This document shows positions 1-15,107 of a DNA stretch of 64,000 nucleotides, in pieces. Below the pieces are notes generated by a model, which saw only the letters and a program-made list of their open reading frames with translations, ran no database searches and had not been told where the DNA came from. This DNA comes from the human T2T-CHM13v2.0 reference genome, Homo sapiens. A program made the position numbers and the translations under genes. The DNA lies in NCBI RefSeq assembly GCF_009914755.1, contig NC_060928.1; one strand, given 5' to 3'. Numbering within the stretch: position 1 is the first letter of the stretch; the number at the start of each line of letters is the position of its first letter.

Positions 1-950
1 TGTATATTGTTGGAGGTTTACTTGTGGAATCAATTCTTAAATGTGTGATTTCTAAGTGGAAGGGTAAATGCATACATAATTCTGTTGTACAAATGCAAAT
101 TTCCCTCCTCAGGTATTCCACTTTGCATTTCAAACAGCAATGTTGGGAGTGACTGTGTTTCCACATTCTCACCACAGAGTATATTGTTAAGCTTTTCAAT
201 TTGTGTCAATCTGATCGGAGATGGGTAAAAAATGGTACCTGAGTATTATTTTAATTTTCATTTTTGTTATCATAAGTGAAGTGGGTGTATTTTTATATAC
301 ATACAAAGGGTCTTTATATCTTTTTGAAAATTATATTTTTGTCCATTCTTATATAAAATTTCAAATTTTAAAATTTCTATAACATTTTTGCTAGTTTGCC
401 TCCTAAATTTTAAAAAAGCTTTTGTAAAATTAAGTGAGAGGTATTAGCCTTTAATCTGTGATATATCTTGCAAATATCTTCCCCAGAGTATCATTTGTCT
501 TTTGACATTACTTACGTTGTTTTAGCCATGTAACTTCTTATATTTATGAACATTAATTAATTAATCTTATATTTTATTGCAGCTGGATTATTATAGTTAG
601 AAAGTCATTCGTTGTAGCTAGATTATAAAAATATTTTCACATGTTTTCTTGTAGGATTTTTGTGTCTAAACATCTAAATTTAGAACTCTCATCCACTTGG
701 GTGTTTTATAGAGGGTGGTGATTGGATCTAAATTTACCCTTTCCAAATGGCTGTCTAGTTGTCCATCTCCATTTATTATGAAGATTACATTTTGTCCCTA
801 TGACTGATAAATCACCATAATACACTGAATTTCTGATTGTAGTTGAATCTATTCGTGGAGGTTGTATTCTATTCCATTTAATTATCTTTTCATTGAGATG
901 CCAGCATAACACGTTAGTAGTTATGGAGGCATTGTGGCATTTATAAATTG
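1..950 (-). mobile_element. Ancient L1 (L1ME-like) 3' fragments
   Basis: Degenerate antisense L1 3'UTR/ORF2-like text (e.g. 'gatatatcttgcaaatatcttcccccag', 'atccacttgggtgtttt'); boundaries approximate. Confidence 0.5.
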
Positions 951-959
951 TGGTCAAAA

Positions 960-1815
960 ACACAACACATAAAATTTATCATGTCAACTATTTTTTAAAT
1001 GTACAGTAGTGTTAACTATATGCACATCAATGTGCAACATATCTGTATAACTTTTCATCTTGCAAAATGGGAACTCTAGATCCATTGAACAACTCCCTGT
1101 GGCCTCCCTTTAGACCAAGCTTCTCCAACCTGTGCAGCCCAGGATGGCTATGAATGCAGCCCAACACAAATTCGTAAACTTTCTTAAAACATAATGAGAT
1201 TTAATATTTATGCATGGACCTTTTTTTTAAGCTTATCAGCTATCATTAGTGTTAGTGTATTTTATGTGTGGACTAAGACAATTCTTCTTCTTTCAATGTT
1301 GCCCAGGGAAACTAAAAGATTGGATACCCCTGCTTCAGATTCTGATGACCATCATTCTACCTTCTGTTTCTATGGGCTTGACTACTTTGGATACCTCAAA
1401 TAAGTGAAATGATGCATTTGTCTTTTGGTGACCGGCTTAATTTACCTAGCACAGTATCCTCAAGGCTCCTCCAAGTTGTCACATATGGCAAGATTTCCTT
1501 CCTTTAAAACTGAATAGTACTCCATGGTATGTACATGTTATAGTTTCTTTATTCATTCATCTCTTGAGGGGCATTTATGTTGCTTCTACTTTTTGACTAT
1601 TGCAATTATTGCTGCAATGGACGTGGATATGCAACAATCTCTTTGAGAACTTTCTTTCAATTCTTGTGGATATATACTCAAAACTGGGATTAATTTTTTT
1701 AATTGCCATGCTCATTTCCATAGAGTTGCATAATGTTATCTTCCTACCAAAAATACACAAGGGTTTCAGTTTCTCCACATTCTTTACCAACACTAGTTAT
1801 TTGCTTAAAAATTAT
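960..1815 (-). mobile_element. L1M (L1MB-like) 3' end, interrupted by MER30
   Basis: Antisense L1 3'UTR motifs ('aaaatttatcatgtcaactattttttaaatgtacagtagtgttaactatatgcacat', 'ggatacctcaaataagtgaaatgatgc'). Confidence 0.65.
1116..1332 (-). mobile_element. MER30 (hAT-Charlie non-autonomous DNA transposon)
   Basis: Matches the reverse complement of the MER30 consensus from 'caagcttctccaacc' to 'aaaagattggatacccctg'; degenerate 8-bp TSD ctttagac/cttcagat. Confidence 0.85.
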
Positions 1816-2640
1816 TCATTGATTTTTATTGACACATAATAACTGTAGATTTATGGAGTACAAGTGACCTTTTGATACATGCATACAATGTGTAACAATT
1901 AAATCAGAGTATTTACAATATCCACCACTTTGAATATTTTGCTGGAAACATTTCAAATATCTCCCAGCTATTTTGAAATATACAGTAAACTAATGTTAAC
2001 TATAGTCACCCTTAGCTATCTCATACAGGAAATTATTTTTTCTATTTAATTGTATGTTTTTAACCTTTATCCAAACCGTTGTCATTGCCCCCTACTTCAA
2101 ACACACACTCCATTTCCAAGCCTGTGGTAACTATCATTCTACTCTCTACCTCCATGCGATCAACGTTTTTAGCTTCCGCATATGTGTAAAAACATGTCAT
2201 ATTTGTCCTTCTGTGCCTGGCTTTTTTCACTTAACATACTGTTCTCCAGTTCCATCCCCGTTGCTGCAAATGACTGGATTTCATTCCTTTTTATGGCTAA
2301 ATACTATTGCATTGTTTATATATACCACATTTTCTTTATTTATACTTTCATTGATAGACACTTAATTTGATTCCATATCTTTGCTATTGTGCATAGCACT
2401 TCAGTAAACCTGAGGGTGCAGTTATCCCTTTGATATACTGTTTCTTTTCTCTCATATAAATATTCAGTAGTGTGATTGTGGAATCATAAGGTAGGTCTAT
2501 TTTTTAGTTTTTTGAGAAACCTCCATATTTTTTTCTACAATAGATGTACTAAATTACTTTGCCATTAATAGTGTTTTAGAGTTCTCCTTTCTTTGTATCC
2601 TCACAAGCATTTTTTTTTTTGTCTTGAAAATAGCTATTCT

Positions 2641-2926
2641 TTTTTTGTTGTTGAGACCTTGCTTGTTGCCCAGGCTGGAGTGCAATGGCACCATCTCAGT
2701 TCCCCACAACCTCTGCCTCCCCGGTTCAAGCTATTCTCCTGCCTCAGCCTCCTGAGTAGCTAGGATTACAGGCATGTGCCACCATATCCAGCTAATTTTG
2801 TATTTTTAGTAGAGATGGGGTTTCTCCATGTTGGTAATGCTGGTCTCTCACGCCTGACCTCAGGTGATCCGCCCACCTCAGCCTCCCAAAGTGCTGGGAT
2901 TACAGGCCTGAGCCACCGTGCCCTGA
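2641..2926 (-). mobile_element. Alu (AluSp-like)
   Basis: Antisense Alu dimer with 'tttctccatgttgg' (Sp-type); TSD aaaatagct(a/g)ttct on both sides. Confidence 0.92.
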
Positions 2927-4107
2927 ACAAAAATAGCTGTTCTAATTGGAGTGAGATGATATCTCATTGTAGTTTTGATTTGCATTTCCCTGGTGATAAG
3001 TGATGTTCAGTATTTTATCATATACTTGTTGACCGTTTACATGTCTCCTTTTGAGAAATGTCTATTCAGATCTTTTGCCCACTTTTTAATGGAATTATTA
3101 TTTTTTTCCCATTGAGTTGTTCATGTTCCTTACATATTTTGGATATTAGTCCCTGGTCAGATGAATAGTTTGCAAACATTTTCTCCCATTCCACATGTTG
3201 TCTCTTCCCTCTGTTGATTGTTTCTTTGCTGTACAGTAGGTTTTTAGTTTAATATAGTTCCATTTGTCTATTTTTTTTTGTTTTGGTGCCTGTGTTTCTC
3301 AAGTCTTAGCTATAAAAATCTTTGCCTAGACCAATGTCCTGAAGCATTTCCCCTATGCTTTCTTCTAGTAGTTTTATAGTTTCAGTGTTGTGTTTAAGTC
3401 TTTTATCCATTTTGATTTCATTTTTTCTTTTGTATTTGGTGAGAGATAAGAATCTAGTTTTCCTTTTTCTGCACATGGATATCCAGTTTTCTCAGCATCA
3501 CTTACTGAAGGGACTGTCCTTTCCTCAATGAATGTTCTTGGTGCCTTTGTCAAAAATAATTTTGCTATAAATAAGTGGATTAAATTTATTTCTGTGTTCT
3601 TTTTTCTGTTACCTTGGTCTATGTATTTGGTTTTATACTAATGCCATACTGTTTTGATTACTGTAGCTTTGTAGTATAAAGTCAAGGTAGTGTGATGCTC
3701 CAGCTTTGTTCTTTTTGCTTGGTATTGCTTTGGTTATTTGGGGTATTTTTTGGTTCCACATAAATTTTAGATTTTTTTTCTGTGAAGAATAATGTTGGTA
3801 TTTAGATGGGGATTACAATAAATATGCAGATTCCCTTCTGTGATATGGTAATTTTTAATAATCTTAATTATTCTGATGCATGAGCATATCTTCCCATTTG
3901 TTTGCATCCTTTTTATTTACCTTCAACAATGTTTTGTAGTTTTTATTGTAGAAGTATTCCACCTCCTCAGCTAAATTTATTCCTAGGTATTTCATTTTAT
4001 TTTTTGTAACTATTTTAATGGGATTATCTTCTTGATTTCCTTTTCATCTAGTTTGTTATTGATGTATAACAAAGCTACTGATTTTTGTATGCTGATTTTG
4101 AATCCTG

Positions 4108-5208
4108 TGTTGTGGGAAGTCAGGGACCTCAAATGGAGGGACCGGCTGGAGCCGCGGCAGAGGAACATAAATTGTGAAGATTTCATGGACATTTATCAGT
4201 TCCCAAAATTAATATGTTTATAATTTTTTACACCTGTCTTGACTGCAATCTCTGAACACAAATTGTGAAGATTTCATGGACATTTATCAGTTCCCAAATA
4301 ATACTCTTATAATTTCTTATGCCTGTCTTTACTTTAATCTCTGAATCTTGTTATATTCGTAAGCTGAGCATGTACGTCACCTCAGGACGACTATTGTACA
4401 AATTGATTGTAAAACATGTGTGTCTGAACAATATGAAATCAGTGCACCTTGAAAAAGAACAGAATAACAGCGATTTTCAGGGAACAAGGGAAGACAACCA
4501 TAAGGTTTGACTGCCTGTGGGGTCGTGCAGAATAGAGCCATATTTTTCTTCTGGCAGAGAGCCTCTAAATGGACATGCAAGTAGGAGAGATATTGCTGAA
4601 TTCTTTTTCCAGTAAGGAATATTAATAATTAATACCCTAGGGAAGGAATGCATTCCTGGGGAGAGGTCTATAAACGGCTGCTCTGGGAGTGTCTGTCTTA
4701 TGCAGTTGAGATAAGGACTGAAATACACCCTGGTCTCCTGCAGTACCCTCAGGCTTATTGGAGTGGGGAAAAAAATTCCACCCTGGTAAATTTGAGGTCA
4801 GACCAGTTCTCTGCTCTCGATCCCTGTTTTCTGTTGTTTAAGATGTTTATCAAGACAATACATGCATAGCTGAGCATAGACCCTCATCAGTAACTCTAAT
4901 TTTGCCCTTTGCCTTGTGATCTTTGCTTTGCCCTTTGCCTGGTAATCTTTATTGGCCTCAGAAGCATGTGATCTTTGTGACCTACTCCCTGTTTGTACAC
5001 CCCTCCCCTTTTATAGTCCTTAATAAAAACCTGCTGGTTTGCGGGTCAGGTGGGCATCACAAACCTATCGATATGTGATGTCACCCTTGGTGGCCCAGCT
5101 GTAAAATTCCTCTCTTTGTACTCTTTCTCTTTATTTCTCAGACCGGCCGACACCTAGGGAAAATAGAAAGAACCTATGTTGAAATATTGGGGGCTGGTTC
5201 CCCCGATA
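4108..5208 (+). mobile_element. MER11 solo LTR (HERV-K11/HML-8)
   Basis: Begins 'tgttgtgggaagtcagggacc...gaggaacataaattgtgaagatttcatggacatttatcagttccc' and ends 'gaaatattgggggctggttcccccgata'; internal repeat, TATA-like and AATAAA motifs; perfect 6-bp TSD ATCCTG (4102-4107, 5209-5214). Confidence 0.93.
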
Positions 5209-5698
5209 ATCCTGCAAATTTACTAAAATTGTTTATCAGTTCTAAGAGTTTTTTGGAAGAATCTTTATGTTTTTGCATATCTAAGATTATGTCACCTGCA
5301 AAAAGAGACCATTTGACTTGCTGTTTTCCTATTTGAATGCCTTTTATTTCTTTCTCTTGCCTGGTTGCTCCAACTAGGATTTTCAGTACTATTTTTGAAT
5401 AAGAGTGATAAAAGTGGGCATACTTCTCTTTTTCCAGTTGTGGAGGAAAGGTTTTCCACACTGCCCCATTCAGTGTAATGTTAGCTGTGGGTTTGTCATA
5501 CATGGCCTTTATTATGTTGAGATATGTTCATTCCATGCCTAATTTTTTGAGGGTTGTTATCCCCAAGGGACATTAAATTTTACCAAATGCTTTTTTCTGC
5601 ATCTATTGAGATGATCTTATGGTTTTTGTCCTTTATTCTATTGATGAGGATTTTTATATCTTTGTTCACTGGGCTATTGTATAACAAAGCCACTGTTC

Positions 5699-5873
5699 CC
5701 CAGTGAACAAAGATAAAAAAATCCTCAACAAAATACTAGCAAACCAAATATTACATCAAATAAAAAAATAATGCATGATGATCAAGTAATGTTTATCCCA
5801 GGAATGCAAAGATACTTCATCATACATAAATCAACAAATGTGATATATCACATCAATAGAATAAAGGACCATA
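5699..5873 (+). mobile_element. Inverted 5' segment of the 1820-5645 L1 (twin-priming type inversion)
   Basis: Sense-strand L1 ORF2 text ('aaaatcctcaacaaaatactagcaaacc...atcccaggaatgcaaagatacttc') directly after the antisense L1 body. Confidence 0.8.
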
Positions 5874-6796
5874 TGGCTTAAAACTCATCCTCAAATATAA
5901 CAAGCAGCTATATGAAATTACGGATGTAGACCAAGGATGCTGAACATACCATAATGGCAATTTCATTTGGTTAAATCTAATACTTATATCAATGGTAAAT
6001 TATCAAATTATCAATCACATTAATCTCTCTGAAGTCATTTTCTACATTCATATAAGGCATAAATTCTATACATAAACTATTTTAAGATATAGGTTCTGGG
6101 ATCTATAACCTGTAAATCAAGAGTTATTATCTTTGAGAGTATGTATTTTTTATATTCTCAACTCCTATAAGAGATATTTTATGTAAATTTAATGGTTTCC
6201 TAATAACTAAAGTGGTACATTAAGCCTCATTTTTTACTCTTCCTCCACAAAACTCAGGAAACTAATCAGGTTGCCTGTAGTTCAATGTTGATCAAGTTAA
6301 TTATCTCAAGGATTATTCTCATTTTGTGACATAATATATTATCCATTGTTGTTTAATTCCCAGCAAAATAGAGACATTTTGAAAATAATTTTCACTGACT
6401 TTTTAGAATTCAAGTGGCTTTCACAAATGAAATAACTTTACTATCTTGCTGTTATTAATCTGTACATTGGCTAATCTGACTTTATATCATCAAGATGACT
6501 ATTTTATTTGAATGAGCATGAACTCATAAAATCTTTACAATTCCTGGCTTACTCAAGAGACAATCATATAGTATAAAACAGTACTCAAATTACCATCAGC
6601 ATTTATTTTTTCATTACAACCTCATTACAAAACTATTTATCATGTCGTATAGTTCAATATAAAGCTGGTCAAGGGATCTTTATAACCGAGTGACTGATAA
6701 GATTATTGTCATATTTTGAAAGGCACCAAAGGGCTTTTTCAAAGGACAAGACCTCAGAACAGTTTTATGTTGAAGTGAGACCCCAGTGTGCCTATA

Positions 6797-6913
6797 ATAG
6801 CTTTATTGAGATAGAATTGACATAAACCATACATATTCAAAATATATAATTTGATAAGTTTTCATCTATTTATAAGCCTGTGAAACAACCACCACAATCA
6901 AGATAGTGAATAT
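6797..6913 (-). mobile_element. Short L1MC/MD-type 3' end fragment
   Basis: 'atagctttattgagatagaattgacata...tgtgaaacaaccaccacaatcaagatagtgaatat' is typical of antisense L1MD tails. Confidence 0.6.
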
Positions 6914-7263
6914 GATTTATTTTAATTTTATTTGCTTTCAAAATAAACATAGCTATGTTTTCAGAAAATCCAATTTTTCCTTAAATCTGCAAGTTTTATG
7001 GTTCCATTTCATTTAACAATTAAGTCATTTTTCAAAAATGATAGTGTGCACAGTTTTATTAAAGTAATTACCATCACCATCATTGCAACAGCAAGAGCAG
7101 CAGCTACAAAAACTCAGCAGGTCATTTTTAATAGATGCCTTTTTCTCACTGACATAAAACATGAGCATCTTTACAGTACAGGTTACAGCAGGATGGCCCA
7201 TGATGGTTCATGCAATCGTATCACTGTTATTGCCTCAATGGACATTCCTGGGTGCTCACTTAC

Positions 7264-7389
7264 CAGCAGAAGTATTTTCCTCCTCAGAATTCTTACTTAC
7301 TTTGTTCTCCTCTGCCATGCTCTACTTTCTCTTTTCTCATCTATACTTTTGGGATAATTTTGATATAAAAATATGCCCAAAGAGTTAGA
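7264..7389 (-). other. Candidate exon containing a start codon (MAEENKVSKNSEEENTSA|)
   Basis: On minus: acceptor 'tttaatttccag|', in-frame stop then AGC-ATG-G (A at -3, G at +4; ATG 7318-7316), 18 codons +1 nt, donor 'CTG|gtaagtg'; an alternative donor 'AAA|gtaagt' starts at 7300. No homology recognised. Confidence 0.35.
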
Positions 7390-8442
7390 CTGGAAATTAA
7401 ATGTCCCTCATAATTCAGTAAATAAACATCTGGATAAAACAGAGTTTCTAATAAGCTTAGGGTTTGTTGGAATAATACTCGTTTAATAAAATACTAATTT
7501 ATTGAATGCTTAAATGAATTTTTTATATTAAGAAAACGAGTTAGAAAAATTGAAATACGAAACACAGAAATGTGTATTTTTAATTACAGGGCTTTGAATA
7601 AAAAATGAAATCAGTTAAAAATTGGAGGTCAGTCATTCACTGTGTAGATTAGGATTAATTAGTACTGATACATATATATTTTCAAAATATTCCATTGCTA
7701 TAATAAATTTCCATTTTGGTATTAAGAAAACGACGGAAGGATATATGGCTGATTGCCTAGTCCATGACTTTGTGACATATTGAGACAAGGGTATTATATA
7801 GAAATAATAAAATATCTCTTTAGATTTAAATATATATATTTTCACATATATTTATGTCTAAGCTAATAGATATTTTTGTACTAGGTAATATGAAATTGCT
7901 CAAGAGTGCTGAAATAATCGTAAAGAACAGTAGGAGCCAGTTTTATTGGGCAGTAAGTTAGAATTACTTTACCAGCTGTCTCCAGTAACTACAGCAATAC
8001 TAGACTGTAGAAAACACTCAACACATAGTTGTTTAATGAGTGAGCCATTAAGAAAAAAGAATAGATCTCAGGTTAACTTTTATTAGTGCAGCAGAATATT
8101 TTTTGTAAAGAAAGAAAATATTTTATACTAGTTTTCTCTGGCTACTGTATATAGATAGTAACACACTTTCCAATTTGTGGAGTATATTTAAAAATATACA
8201 TTAGCAATGTCTGAGAGGAGGGAAGTTTTATTAGTAGAAAGATAAACAAAATAGTAGTGATTTATTAAAATTTGCAAATATATTAGTTATAAAACAGGAA
8301 AAGAACACGTGGAAAGCAGGAGTTTTGAATTTCAATTTCATCACATTTTCTTAATTAGAATAATATAATTGAAATCCAGCTCTTCCCCAAAAGGAGATTT
8401 TCCCTTGTAAACAACTTACTCATTTCCTTTCACTTTTTCTTT

Positions 8443-8465
8443 CTCTCTCTCTCTCTCTCTTTTTT
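8443..8465. repeat. (TC)n microsatellite / polypyrimidine tract
   Basis: Directly visible TC run followed by a T-tract. Confidence 0.9.
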
Positions 8466-9239
8466 GTTTGCTTTCAGTCTTTTCCAGTTTATTTCCAAAG
8501 ATGTTTTTATACTCAGTGAGTTCTCATCATGGCAGTATTCTCCACAATGTATTCCTAGAGTTTCAACTTAGTTTTTCTCTTCTCTGATCCTCTCCTTATC
8601 CTGGCTGTACTTCACGGCCTGGCAGTTTTCTGGGAGGCTCCTGTCTATCGCTTGATACCAGAGGAGTGGATCAAAATTGTTCCAGAAGTGAATTCAGGAA
8701 GACAGTGGGCAATTAATTCAAGATTTATTTTTCTATATAAATTGCAGAAGAGAGGTAGTTTGGGGGAAAATCTCATCATAATAAATTGTGAAAGTTATAT
8801 TTATTGAGACCTATTTTCCCGGCATTTATTCCTTCTTATGCTATTTTATTTACTTCTTATATCTCTCAAAAACTTGAGAACCATATGCAATGTTCAATGC
8901 CATACACAATTAGTAGGCAATAGATGGCAAAATCCAGAGTCTTATCATTAAACGTTTTAGTTTTTTGAGAACATTATAGTTTTATAATGCTTAATTAATG
9001 TATTGCTCTTCTAGGTACTTATTATACTCAATTCACTCTTTTAGATGATTAGAATTTTATAAAGATGTATAGTGAGCCTGCCCTCAGTTATATGTTAACT
9101 TTGCTTATTGCCGAAATTTTCCCTGAGATTTGGAATTTATCACAATAATTAGTAAATAATATCTTCTTAAACTAACTTTGGAAAATTTCTATCCAATAAT
9201 TCAAAATATTTGACTGGCAATCAGGTAAATTAAACTGTG

Positions 9240-9480
9240 CAATACAGTAGGTAGAACTCTGTGGGCTTTGATATCACACAAACATGAATTTAAAGATGAT
9301 TCTTCCACTTGTGTTATCACAGGCAATTGAATCAATTATGACATTCTTCAGTTCATTACTCTATAAAAAAGGGAAACGAAGAATAACTACCTTGTAATGC
9401 AGTTGTAAAGGTTACTTGAAGCAATTTAGGCAACATCACCAACTATACTACCTAGCTCATCATAAAGACTCCAGACTGAA
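9240..9480 (+). mobile_element. MIR remnant
   Basis: Degenerate MIR core ('cttcagttcattactctataaaaaagggaa...taactaccttgtaatgcagttgtaaagg'). Confidence 0.5.
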
Positions 9481-11147
9481 TGGTCACTATTGTCCATTTG
9501 GTTAGACTCATGGTTAAAAGTGCAGCTCTAGAAGTCTGTTGTTGGCATGGATGGGTCAGCTCCTACTAGACTAAATCTCCCACTAATAGCAACAACACAT
9601 TATAAAGTATATAAACAAAGACATCCCTAAAGTTGTGAAGAGTTGACAAACTATGCAGTTGCTGGAGGGGAAGACTTGGAAAATGAAGATGGAACCGACA
9701 CAGGGTGAGCTTGCTGTTTGACCATTTTTAGCATGAGACAAGTCTGCATTAACATGCTACACGAGAAGTTCTTCAGTTCCTCTGGCCTGGATAAAGAGGA
9801 TGGAGTTGAGGTGACTTACTGGTTCTGAAAAGTAAGGAGGCAGTCCCAGGAAGCAAAGAAGCAGGCAGGGGCTTCAGCTTCTGTTTAAGAAATCTTTCCA
9901 AGTCTCTGGCTGACTTTTCAATCATGCAGCTTCCAGCCAGACTACAACAGTAGAAATAAATGAGCAAAGACAAAAGCTCTTACCCAAGCAGTAAAGTTTG
10001 CAGTTTGAGTTCAAGCTAGTTAATTACCTCCTAAAACAAAAATATTAAGACATTTTGGGGCACTAAAACAGAATCAAGATTCACAATATAACATTAACAA
10101 AGTCCAAGATACTACACAAAATTACTTGACATATAAGGAACCATGAATATGCAACCATTTTCAAGAGAGAAGAAAATAAATTGGAGTCAATCCAAAAATG
10201 AACCAGATGTTGGAATTAGCAGAGAAAGGAATGAAAGTAAATATTATTACTACACCTATGACAGGAAGGGGACAGGCTCACAATGGAGGGCAGAGACTCT
10301 CAGCAGAGACATAAAGAAGCTAAGAAGAACCAAGTGGAAATGTTAGCGCCGAAAAATGACATCTGAGATTCAATATTCAGTGGATGGCATTAAGATCAAA
10401 ATGGAGATGACCAAGGAAGGTATTAATACCAGCAAACATGAAGATAGTTCAATGGAGAGGATCTGGTCTGAAGAGAAGAGAGAAATATATTTGAAAAAGT
10501 GTTGGAAAGAGGCTGAAACCAATGAGGCAATACCAAAAGTGCCAACTTGTGCATAGTTGGATTCCCAGATGGAGGGAGTGGAAAGCGAGAATAAGACAGA
10601 CAAAACATAAATAAATAACATAAACATAAATGTAAAAACAGCATAGCCAAGTATTCCTCCAAATTATTAAAAGTTGTATATTTATATTTCAAGAATCCCA
10701 GCAAAACTCACACAGTGTAAATGTGAAGAAATCTATGCACAGGCATATCATGGTCATGCTTATCAAAAGCAGAATTAAACAAAATCTTATATGTGTATAG
10801 AGAGTTACACATAGAGGAACAAATGGGCCAATATTTTCAAAGTGTTGACAGAAAAATACTAAAGACTTGGAATTCCATACTCAGTGAAAATTAATGTCCT
10901 TTAACAATAAAAGTTAAATAAAAACTTCTTCAGACAAATGCAGGTGGAGAGAATTTGTTGCAAAGAGAACTGTCCTACAAAGAAGCATCAAAGGACATCT
11001 GTAAGACTGAAGGGAAATGTTACCATAGGGAAACTCAGATCTTCGGGAAGTAAAACACAATACCAGACATCAGAAATTATTTGGAAAATATAGGAGAAAT
11101 GTTAAAGGTAAAATTACATTTAAAAATTTAAAACATAGAAACATATA

Positions 11148-11450
11148 CTTTTTTTTTGAGACAATGTGTCCCTCTGTCAGCCAGGCTGGAGTGCAGTGGT
11201 GAGATCACAGCTAACTGCAACCTCGACATCCTAGGCAAAAGTAATCCTCCCACTTCAGGCTCCTGAGTAGCTAGAACTATCCTATAGGCACATGCTACCA
11301 CGCATAGCTAATTTTTAACTTTTTGTAGCGTCAAGGTCTCAGCTATGTTGCTTCAGCAGGTCTTGAGCCCCAGTTCCTGGCCTGAAGTGAAACTCCTGCC
11401 TTGGTTTCCCAAAGTGCTGGGATTACAGGCAAGAGCCACCATGCCCAGTC
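11148..11450 (-). mobile_element. AluJ
   Basis: Diverged antisense Alu with J-type 'gatcacagctaactgcaacctcgac...atcctcccacttcag'. Confidence 0.9.
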
Positions 11451-11635
11451 TAAAACTTCCTCTTAATTTTTTTAATATACATTGGAAAAAGCTGATTTCC
11501 TGTAAGTGTCCAAATGACAAATTCCCAGCTAGACAGATCAAAAACATATAGTGAGATACAAATTGCAGATATCAAGAATGAAAGAAAAATTAAAACTAGA
11601 TTTTGCAGAAATTAAAATAATATTAAGAAAATATT

Positions 11636-11962
<327 letters not shown>

Positions 11963-12059
11963 CTAATTTTGAAAACTGAGATAAATGAATAAATTCTTTG
12001 AAAAATACAACTTAAACTGTAAGCAAAAATGTAAAAAGAGACACTAAGATGAAAGGTAA

Positions 12060-12298
12060 ATGTGTTAAATTTATTAAATACATTTTTATTAGATTCATTT
12101 TTTAAATTATTAAATTATTTATAAATTTGTTTAATAAATTTTAATTAATAATTTAATTATCAATTTAACCAATAATTTTATTAATCCATTTAACAAAATT
12201 TAATTAATAAAGTTATTAATTTTATTTAACAAAACACATTTTATTAAATAACATTTAAATGTATTAAATAAATTAAATATTTATTTATTAATATATAT
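12060..12298. repeat. Extremely AT-rich low-complexity block
   Basis: About 240 bp made almost entirely of A/T with recurring 'ttaataaatt/atttaattaat' motifs. Confidence 0.85.
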
Positions 12299-12316
12299 GC
12301 TGCCGAAGTGAGCACT

Positions 12317-15107
<2,791 letters not shown>

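Larger units (their letters stand above)
1820..5645 (-). mobile_element. L1MA-like LINE, 3'UTR plus 3' ORF2, disrupted; hosts an AluSp and a MER11 LTR
   Basis: Antisense L1 3'UTR followed by ORF2 RT-region remnants (track ORFs 4010-4192 and 5174-5503: 'YDKPTANITLNG', 'RQEKEIKGIQIGK'). Confidence 0.9.

Noticed and set aside
6998-7388. Plus-strand hydrophobic ORFs (119 and 75 aa) as membrane proteins
   Set aside because: The hydrophobicity reflects T-rich DNA; splice and Kozak signals favour the opposite strand.
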